DNA of 6,866 bases, taken from the IMG/VR virus record IMGVR_UViG_3300049597_000266; one strand, written 5' to 3'. Below the pieces are notes generated by a model. That model saw nothing but the letters and a program-made list of their open reading frames with translations, was not told the DNA's origin and ran no database searches. Position numbers and translations under genes: made by a program. Shown here piece by piece: positions 1 to 5,043 of this stretch (its first letter is position 1; the number at the start of each line of letters is the position of its first letter). The DNA comes from a virus (lineage: Duplodnaviria > Heunggongvirae > Uroviricota > Caudoviricetes).

Positions 1-318
1 AACCCGCTGGCAAACCGCAAGCAGAATCCTGCCAATCTCTTTACCGCTGCAGAGGAAACGGTGATCGAACTGGAGGAAGTCCAGGACGACAAACCGTCCC
101 TGTTTTCCCGCGTCACGGCGCTGTTCACCAAAAAAGAGCAGTCCGATGACGCCCGGTTCTCTGATGTGCATAAGGCCGTGGAGCTGGTCGCCACTGAGCA
201 GCAAAACCTGAGCGCGCGAACCGAAAAATCTCTGTCTGAGCAGGAAGAACGCCTGTCTGAACTGGAGTCTGCTCTGCAGAAGCAGCAACGGGCAATGCCT
301 GTAGTTCCACACTGGTGA
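1..318 (+). CDS. Partial CDS (5' end outside window) for a hydrophilic, coiled-coil-like protein of unknown function, upstream of the lysis genes
   Basis: Frame 1 is open from nt 1 to TGA 316-318 (106 codons). Translation reads ...NPLANRKQNPANLFTAAEETVIELEEVQDDKPSLFSRVTALF...EERLSELESALQKQQRAMPVVPHW. It is E/Q/K-rich with no hydrophobic segment. GC content and codon usage match the flanking phage genes. No family recognised by eye. The ORF-track start at GTG 61 is arbitrary because the frame continues to the window edge. Confidence 0.35.
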   Translation, partial: NPLANRKQNPANLFTAAEETVIELEEVQDDKPSLFSRVTALFTKKEQSDDARFSDVHKAVELVATEQQNLSARTEKSLSEQEERLSELESALQKQQRAMPVVPHW

Positions 319-458
319 AATTGCTCAATCAGCGGCGCTGGGCAGATGCGTGCCGACAGTTGCCGCGCTGGGTTTATGTAAAAGGTGTGTTTAATCAGGG
401 GCTGGATAACCGCCGTGCGCGGGAGATGGCCTGGTGCCTTAAAGGAGCTGGACTATGA
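261..458 (+). pseudogene. C-terminal remnant of a GH24 (T4/P21-type) phage endolysin; N-terminal catalytic part absent
   Basis: Frame 3 between TGA 258-260 and TGA 456-458 translates to TGSCSAEAATGNACSSTLVKLLNQRRWADACRQLPRWVYVKGVFNQGLDNRRAREMAWCLKGAGL. This matches my recollection of the C-terminal motif of P21 R / RrrD-type lysozymes (GN..STLL.K.NQ....AC.QL.RW.Y..GK...GL..RR..E..CL). The stop overlaps the lysB ATG (ATGA), the usual endolysin-spanin junction. Upstream of 258 all three + frames lack lysozyme-like sequence and frames 2 and 3 contain stops (209-211, 237-239, 258-260). No ATG lies within the remnant. Confidence 0.5.
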
Positions 459-883
459 CGCGTGCGCTGGCAGTAGTGGTGGCGCTGGCACTCGTTGCGC
501 TGGGCTGGCAGTCGTGGCGGCTTAACAGCGCCAGCCACACCATCGAAACGCAGCGCGCGGCGCTGAAAAGTAAAGCGCAGGAACTGACGAAGAAAAACAG
601 CCAGCTTATCAGCCTGTCCATTCTGACTGAAACCAATAACCGGGAGCAGGCGCGGCTCTATGCCGAAGCAGAACAGACCAGTGCACTGCTGAGACAACGA
701 CAACACCGGATCGAGGAACTGAAACGTGAGAACGAGGATTTACGCCGCTGGGCTGATACTCCTTTGCCTGCTGACATTATCCGGCTGCGGGAACGTCCGG
801 CACTCACCGGAGGTACAGCTTACCGTCAGTGGTTGTCCGCGAGTGACGCCGTGTCGGCTGGATCAGGCAACGCCGCGCACTAA
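455..883 (+). CDS. lysB: LysB, Rz-like inner-membrane spanin (i-spanin)
   Basis: 142-aa ORF with ATG 455 preceded by AAGGAG (442-447). N-terminal hydrophobic helix (ALAVVVALALVALGW), then a coiled-coil-like region (QRAALKSKAQELTKKNSQL...RQRQHRIEELKRENEDLRRW). The C-terminal ENEDLRRWADTPLPADIIRLRERPA resembles my recollection of P2 LysB. Position directly after the endolysin and before lysC/R fits. Confidence 0.85.
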   Translation: MTRALAVVVALALVALGWQSWRLNSASHTIETQRAALKSKAQELTKKNSQLISLSILTETNNREQARLYAEAEQTSALLRQRQHRIEELKRENEDLRRWADTPLPADIIRLRERPALTGGTAYRQWLSASDAVSAGSGNAAH

Positions 884-1016
884 CGGTGATCTGAACGCGT
901 TGCTGGATGAAACGGAGGCCGCCTGGGCGGTCTGTGCAGACAAAGTGGACATGATTATTGCGTGTCAGGAGCGAAACAGTGAACAAACCACAATCCCTGC
1001 GCCACGCCCTCAATAA
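726..1016 (+). CDS. lysC: LysC, Rz1-like outer-membrane lipoprotein spanin (o-spanin), in the +1 frame overlapping lysB
   Basis: 96-aa ORF beginning inside lysB in another frame and extending 133 nt past the lysB stop (overlapped architecture, as in P2). N-terminus MRTRIYAAGLILLCLLTLSGC has a positively charged start, hydrophobic core and lipobox L-S-G-C. Mature part is Pro/Cys-containing with a proline-rich C-terminus (TTIPAPRPQ). GAGGAA lies 8 nt upstream of GTG 726; the exact start codon is uncertain. Confidence 0.8.
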   Translation: MRTRIYAAGLILLCLLTLSGCGNVRHSPEVQLTVSGCPRVTPCRLDQATPRTNGDLNALLDETEAAWAVCADKVDMIIACQERNSEQTTIPAPRPQ

Positions 1017-1410
1017 AGCGGTGCCTTATGTCCGCAATAACCCGGACAAACTGCATCTGTTTGTGGATAACGGTTCGCTGGTTGCCACGGGGGCCAGCTC
1101 CATGTCGTGGGAGTACCGTTACACCCTGAACGCGGTGATTGAGGATTTCAGCGGCGACCAGAATCTGCTGATGGCCCCGGTTTTGCTGTGGCTGCGGGAT
1201 AACCAGCCCGATGCCATCAATAACCCGGCGTTACGGGAAAAACTATTTACCTTTGAGGTGGATATTCTGCGCAACGATGTCTGTGATATCAGCCTTAACC
1301 TGCATCTGACGGAACGTGTGCTGGTCAGCACTGACGGCAGTGTGTCGAGCGTTGAAGCTGTAGCAGAACCCGATGAACCTGAAGAAATGTGGACGGTGAA
1401 ACGTGGCTGA
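979..1410 (+). CDS. R: Tail completion protein R (P2 gpR-like)
   Basis: ORF reading MNKPQSLRHALNKAVPYVRNNPDKLHLFVDNGSLVATGASSMSWEYRYTLNAVIEDFSGDQNLLMAPVLLWLRDNQPD... resembles my recollection of P2 gpR. Start chosen as GTG 979 with AGGAG at 967-971; the ORF-track start at TTG 958 is an alternative. The start overlaps the lysC 3' end, and the TGA stop at 1408-1410 overlaps the S start. Confidence 0.8.
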   Translation: MNKPQSLRHALNKAVPYVRNNPDKLHLFVDNGSLVATGASSMSWEYRYTLNAVIEDFSGDQNLLMAPVLLWLRDNQPDAINNPALREKLFTFEVDILRNDVCDISLNLHLTERVLVSTDGSVSSVEAVAEPDEPEEMWTVKRG

Positions 1411-1849
1411 ACTGCAGACGGTGGACGACTGGCTTAGTGCCTTACTGGCGAATCTGGAACCAGTCGCAAGAAGCCGCATGATGCGCCAGCTGGCGCAGGA
1501 ACTGCGCCGGACACAGCAGCAGAATATCAGGATGCAGCGCAATCCAGATGGCAGCAGTTATGAACCGCGCAAGGTCACGGCGCGCAGTAAAAAAGGCCGC
1601 ATCAAACGTCAGATGTTTGCAAAGCTGCGCACCACCAAATACCTGAAAACCGCCGCCAGCGCCGACTCTGCCAGCGTACAGTTTGAAAGTAAGGTGCAGC
1701 GCATTGCCCGCGTTCACCATTATGGCCTGCGCGATCGCGTCAGCCGCAAAGGACCGGAAGTGCGTTACGCAGAGCGTCGTTTGTTGGGTCTTAATGGTGA
1801 GTCTTACGTTCTAACTCGTGATATATTGAATAGATTCCTTCTGTCTTGA
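1403..1849 (+). CDS. S: Tail completion protein S (P2 gpS-like); last ~17 codons lie in the AT-rich island (probably a chimeric C-terminus)
   Basis: 148-aa ORF with motif LEPVARSRMMRQLAQELRRTQQQNIRMQRNPDGSSYEPRK matching my recollection of the P2 gpS N-terminal region. GTG 1403 overlaps the R stop by 8 nt. From about nt 1798 the codons become AT-rich and rare for enterobacteria (cta, ata, aga) up to the stop at 1847-1849. Confidence 0.8.
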   Translation: MAELQTVDDWLSALLANLEPVARSRMMRQLAQELRRTQQQNIRMQRNPDGSSYEPRKVTARSKKGRIKRQMFAKLRTTKYLKTAASADSASVQFESKVQRIARVHHYGLRDRVSRKGPEVRYAERRLLGLNGESYVLTRDILNRFLLS

Positions 1850-2597
1850 ATTCACCATATGCCCAATGAATTGCATTTTTTTGTTCAGTCAGAATATATT
1901 TCCTAACTTTTTTAGAATAGTGAATGGTCAGTATAAAACCCAAAGAAATCCATAATAGAATAAATATGGTTGTTGGGGCAAAGGAATAGATAAAGAATTT
2001 GTCTTTAACGAAATTCTTGACTTCTTCATCAATGTAAGTATTCCCTTCATCAGAGGTTAGTAGTTTACAAAGAATTTCTTTATGTTCTATAGTTAATGAT
2101 TTGTACTTCTCTGTACTGGCAGAGGATGACTCTTCGCAATCATCTTTTGATATTTCCCAATCAGGAGTGGTTAATATTGTAGCTGCAGTCGCCAGTTTTT
2201 TTGACATATAAAATGATTCACCGGACTTTATCCAATAAAGCAATGTGCTATTTGGTGGGGTTCTAATGGCTTGGATGAAAACTGGACCAAAAATATAAAT
2301 TGCACACAAAAAAAGAAGTGAAAAGAGAACCGTGATTGATTTTTCAGCCCATGTGATAGTAGGCAGCCTTTTTAATGATATTCGTATAAGAAAAAAATTT
2401 AATATAAACGCAGGTATTCCTGATTTTTTCAAAATTACATCATGAGATTTTCTATATTTGAATAGTGCTCTTATAACTATCGTCACCAAAGTTATAACAG
2501 CTCCAATAATGGAAATCCATGCGGCAAGTGCCGCTGCCGGGGTGTTTAAAAATTCAGCATTAAATATATTAGAACTTATTGGATTCATAACACTCAT
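1791..2597 (-). CDS. Hypothetical four-helix integral membrane protein (268 aa) encoded by the AT-rich moron; function unknown
   Basis: An 807-nt ORF uninterrupted in ~30% GC DNA, where stops are frequent by chance. ATG at 2597 (minus) is preceded by GGTGGATAA (RBS-like). Four hydrophobic segments: AAALAAWISIIGAVITLVTIVIRALF, IPAFILNFFLIRISL (weaker), ITVLFSLLFLCAIYIFGPVFIQAI and FFIYSFAPTTIFILLWISLGFILTIHY. A hydrophilic, acidic ~90-aa domain sits between helices 3 and 4. Its 3' end overlaps the S 3' end convergently by 59 nt. No homology recognised. Confidence 0.65.
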   Translation of the reverse strand: MSVMNPISSNIFNAEFLNTPAAALAAWISIIGAVITLVTIVIRALFKYRKSHDVILKKSGIPAFILNFFLIRISLKRLPTITWAEKSITVLFSLLFLCAIYIFGPVFIQAIRTPPNSTLLYWIKSGESFYMSKKLATAATILTTPDWEISKDDCEESSSASTEKYKSLTIEHKEILCKLLTSDEGNTYIDEEVKNFVKDKFFIYSFAPTTIFILLWISLGFILTIHYSKKVRKYILTEQKNAIHWAYGEFKTEGIYSIYHELERKTHH

Positions 2598-2700
2598 TTA
2601 TCCACCTATTGGTTGTTTTTTATCCTTTTATCAATTTGTACCATCGATACCACAATTTGCAAGAAGTTATAAACAAGTTTTCAGCTGTCATCATATATCT
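1795..2700. other. AT-rich island (~30% GC against ~55% in flanks) at the S-V junction; probable horizontally acquired moron
   Basis: Abrupt compositional shift visible by eye. One 60-nt sample (1861-1920) counts 17 G+C (28%). The island carries one long ORF on the minus strand and is bounded by the tail genes S (left) and V (right). No terminal inverted repeats or target-site duplications were seen. Confidence 0.7.
2637..2654 (+). promoter_or_regulatory. TGT-N12-ACA dyad, candidate Ogr/Delta-type activator site of the P2 late promoter for the V operon
   Basis: Sequence TGT ACCATCGATACC ACA at 2637-2654 (palindromic core ATCGAT), flanked by direct repeats CAATTTG (2632-2638 and 2653-2659). 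It lies about 55 nt upstream of the V ATG, in the intergenic region between the divergent moron ORF and V. P2 late promoters are known to carry TGT-N12-ACA centred near -55. The -10 and transcription start are not resolved; TATAAA at 2669-2674 and TATAT at 2694-2698 are candidates. Confidence 0.35.
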
Positions 2701-3279
2701 ATGAACGCACAACTAACCGAAATCATGCGCCTTATCACCAATCTGATCCGCATAGGTGTAGTCACCGAAGTGGACCGGGAAAACTGGCTTTGTCGGGTGA
2801 AAACGGGCGACCTTGAAACCAACTGGATCAGCTGGCTGACGCTGCGCGCGGGTAATGCCCGCACATGGTGGCGACCATCGGAAGGTGAGCAGGTGGTGCT
2901 GCTGAGTCTGGGCGGCAATCTGGAGACTGCCTTTGCGCTGCCCGCTGTCTATTCGAATCAGTTCGCACCACCGTCGACGTCGGCGGACGCCTGCGTGACA
3001 GAACATCCTGACGGTGGCTGGTTTGAATACGAACCCGCCACCGGGCGCTGGTATGTCAGGGGCATCAAATCAATGGTCATTGAGGCCGCTGATAACATCA
3101 CCATGAAAACCAGTGAGTTTGTACTGGAGGCTGACCGCACGCGCATTAACAGCGAAGTGGTGATCAATGGTGGCGTTACCCAGGGCGGCGGAGCGATGAG
3201 TTCTAACGGGATCGTGGTTGATGCGCATCAGCATACTGGCGTCCTGAAAGGCGGCGATACAACCGGAGGCCCGGTATGA
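2701..3279 (+). CDS. V: Baseplate assembly / spike protein V (P2 gpV-like)
   Basis: 192-aa ORF, MNAQLTEIMRLITNLIRIGVVTEVDRENWLCRVKTGDLETNWISWLTLRAGNARTWWRPSEGEQVVLLSLGGNLETAFALPAVYS..., matching my recollection of P2 gpV (..IRTGIIVETD..CRVQTG..WLTHRAG..RTWWAPSVGEQV..GGELDTAF.LP). Start placed at ATG 2701, the first ATG after the AT-rich intergenic region; ATG 2725 is an alternative. No clear Shine-Dalgarno. The ORF-track extension back to 2458 is rejected. Confidence 0.85.
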   Translation: MNAQLTEIMRLITNLIRIGVVTEVDRENWLCRVKTGDLETNWISWLTLRAGNARTWWRPSEGEQVVLLSLGGNLETAFALPAVYSNQFAPPSTSADACVTEHPDGGWFEYEPATGRWYVRGIKSMVIEAADNITMKTSEFVLEADRTRINSEVVINGGVTQGGGAMSSNGIVVDAHQHTGVLKGGDTTGGPV

Positions 3280-3635
3280 CGCTTTATAGCGGGATGAACA
3301 ATACCAGCGGCAAAGTCATTACTGATATTGACCATCTGCGCCAGTCGGTGCGGGACATTCTGCTGACGCCGCAGGGTAGCCGCATTGCTCGCCGTGAATA
3401 TGGTTCCCTGCTGTCGGCACTGATAGACCAGCCACAAAATCCGGCGTTACGCCTGCAGGTCATGTCGGCAGTGTATGTGGCGCTGAGTCGCTGGGAGCCA
3501 CGGCTGACGCTGGATTCCATCACCATTAACAGCAATTTTGACGGTTCAATGGTGGTGGGACTGACCGGGCGGCGTAATAACGGTGTGCCTGTTTCCCTTT
3601 CCGTATCAACAGGAGCAGAGAATGGCAGTGATTGA
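3276..3635 (+). CDS. W: Baseplate wedge protein W (P2 gpW, T4 gp25-like)
   Basis: 119-aa ORF with ATG overlapping the V stop (ATGA) and GGAGG 8 nt upstream. Sequence ...RQSVRDILLTPQGSRIARREYGSLLSALIDQPQNPALRLQVMSAVYVALSRWEPRLTL... is typical of the GPW/gp25 family. Confidence 0.9.
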   Translation: MTLYSGMNNTSGKVITDIDHLRQSVRDILLTPQGSRIARREYGSLLSALIDQPQNPALRLQVMSAVYVALSRWEPRLTLDSITINSNFDGSMVVGLTGRRNNGVPVSLSVSTGAENGSD

Positions 3636-4530
3636 CCTTTCGCAGTTGCCTGCGCCGCAGATTGTCGATGTGCCGGACTTTGAGACGTTGCTTGCCGAAC
3701 GCAAGGCCGAATTTGTTGCGCTTCATCCGAAAGATGAGCAGGAAGCCGTGATCCGCACGCTGGAACTGGAATCTGAACCCGTCACCAAATTGCTGCAGGA
3801 GAATGCTTACCGTGAGTTGCTTCTGCGCCAGCGCATTAACGAAGCCGCGCAGGCGGTGATGGTGGCTTACGCGATGGGCGGCGATCTTGACCAGCTCGCT
3901 GCCAACTACAACGTGAAACGCCTGACGGTGACGCCTGCTGATAATGACGCTGTGCCGCCCGTTGCGGCTGTGATGGAAAGCGATGAAGCGTTACGCCTGC
4001 GTGTGCCTGCAGCCTTTGAAGGGCTTTCAGTTGCGGGGCCAACTGCAGCCTATGAATTTCATGCCCGAAGCGCCGACGGTCGGGTGGCGGATGCCAGTGC
4101 AACCAGTCCGGCACCTGCAGAGGTGGTACTGACTGTCCTTAGCCGTGAAGGCGACGGAACAGCAGAAAAAGACCTGCTGGATGTGGTGGAAAAAGCCCTG
4201 AACAGTGAGAACGTCCGCCCGGTGGCTGACCGTCTGACGGTTCGCAGCGCAGAAATCATCCCGTATCGCGTGGAAGCCACCATTTTTCTCTATCCGGGAC
4301 CGGAAGCAGAGCCGGTAATGGCAGCGGCAAAAGCCAGCCTGCAGAAGTACATCGCCAGTCAGACGCGTCTTGGTCGGGATATTCGCCGTAGCGCCATCTT
4401 TGCCGCCTTGCATGTTGAGGGTGTGCAGCGTGTGGAGCTGGCTTCTCCTCTGGCGGATGTGGTCCTGAACAAAACACAGGCGGCATCATGTACGCAGTGG
4501 AGCGTAACCAACGGAGGAACGGATGAATAG
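3622..4530 (+). CDS. J: Baseplate assembly protein J (P2 gpJ-like)
   Basis: 302-aa ORF from ATG 3622 with AGGAG at 3611-3615. Sequence MAVIDLSQLPAPQIVDVPDFETLLAERKAEFVALHPKDEQEAVIRTLELESEPVTKLLQENAYRELLLRQRINEAAQAVM...RLGRDIRRSAIFAALHVEGVQRVELASPLADVVL matches my recollection of P2 gpJ. Overlaps the W 3' end by 14 nt. The ORF-track start at 3583 is an in-frame upstream extension. Confidence 0.9.
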   Translation: MAVIDLSQLPAPQIVDVPDFETLLAERKAEFVALHPKDEQEAVIRTLELESEPVTKLLQENAYRELLLRQRINEAAQAVMVAYAMGGDLDQLAANYNVKRLTVTPADNDAVPPVAAVMESDEALRLRVPAAFEGLSVAGPTAAYEFHARSADGRVADASATSPAPAEVVLTVLSREGDGTAEKDLLDVVEKALNSENVRPVADRLTVRSAEIIPYRVEATIFLYPGPEAEPVMAAAKASLQKYIASQTRLGRDIRRSAIFAALHVEGVQRVELASPLADVVLNKTQAASCTQWSVTNGGTDE

Positions 4531-5043
4531 TCTGCTGCCACCGGGTTCAACACCACTGGAGCGCCGACTGGCGCAAACCTGCAGCGGGATTTCTGATCTG
4601 CAGGTGCCGCTTCGTGACTTGTGGAATCCGGCAACCTGTCCGGTCAGTTTCCTGCCTTATCTCGCCTGGGCGTTCTCTGTGGATCGCTGGGACGAGGACT
4701 GGACAGAAAGTGTCAAGCGCCAGGTGGTGAAGGATGCTTTTTATATTCATCAGCATAAAGGGACCACCAGTGCCGTGCGGCGGGTGGTGGAGCCGTTCGG
4801 CTTTCTGATCCGCATTATTGAGTGGTGGCAGACCGGATAAGCGATGCCAAACCATGCAGCCGTCACATGATCGGCATGTCCATCAACCTGCAGACCAGCG
4901 GCCCGCATTGGGTGGGAGCCGCCAGCTATCTTGGCGAAGAAATCACGATCTATCCGTATATCAACGAAACAATTATTTCCGGTGGCACCGCGCATGAAGG
5001 CGGGGCGGTCCATGTTATTGACACAATGAGAGTGAATCCATGA
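4523..5043 (+). pseudogene. I: Baseplate protein I (P2 gpI-like), interrupted by a frameshift near 4819-4840
   Basis: The N-terminal 105-aa ORF (4523-4840, frame 2) carries typical gpI motifs (LWNPATCPVSFLPYLAWAFSVDRWDEDW...VVEPFGFLIRIIEWW). The downstream ORF (4822-5043, frame 1) resembles the gpI C-terminus (DAKPCSRHMIGMSI...EEITIYPY). The two overlap by 19 nt, and the combined span (521 nt) is 1 nt short of a single ~173-codon gene. The ATG overlaps the J stop; the second ORF's stop overlaps the H ATG. Confidence 0.6.

Noticed and set aside
61-63. GTG 61 as the start of the first ORF
   Set aside because: Frame 1 is open back to nt 1 with no stop, so the gene almost certainly begins upstream of the window.
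395-706. Minus-strand ORFs 395-706 and 439-636 opposite the endolysin remnant and lysB
   Set aside because: Antisense shadow ORFs within a well-supported coding region; Arg/Ala-rich composition typical of antisense to GC-rich genes; no RBS or family signal.
804-1720. Minus-strand ORFs 804-1013, 1119-1331, 1243-1542 and 1442-1720 opposite lysC, R and S
   Set aside because: Antisense to well-supported structural genes with no independent support.
1861-1884. Possible rho-independent terminator after S (AATG..CATT stem followed by a T7 run)
   Set aside because: The stem is only 4 bp and mostly A-T, and the site lies inside the moron coding sequence; too weak to call.
2458-2700. N-terminal extension of the V ORF (ORF track 2458-3279, 273 aa) reaching back into the AT-rich island
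   Set aside because: The extension is antisense to the moron ORF and crosses the intergenic region; similarity to gpV begins at the MNAQL... start at 2701. It is an in-frame open stretch, not coding sequence.
2691-3535. Minus-strand ORFs 2691-2918, 2713-3006, 2958-3167, 3228-3437 and 3284-3535 opposite V and W
   Set aside because: Antisense to well-supported structural genes with no independent support.
3583-3621. Upstream start for J (MCLFPFPYQQEQR...) given in the ORF track
   Set aside because: ATG 3622 has a good AGGAG RBS and gpJ similarity begins at MAVIDLSQLPAP; the upstream codons lie inside W.
3526-4634. Minus-strand ORFs 3526-3726, 3836-4114, 4027-4413, 4059-4283, 4256-4489 and 4359-4634 opposite W, J and the start of I
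   Set aside because: Antisense to well-supported structural genes; Arg/Ala/Pro-rich, typical of GC-rich antisense frames.
4819-4840. Programmed ribosomal frameshift as the explanation for the split I gene
   Set aside because: No slippery heptamer or downstream structure is evident and no such frameshift is known for P2 gene I; a mutation or sequencing indel is more parsimonious.
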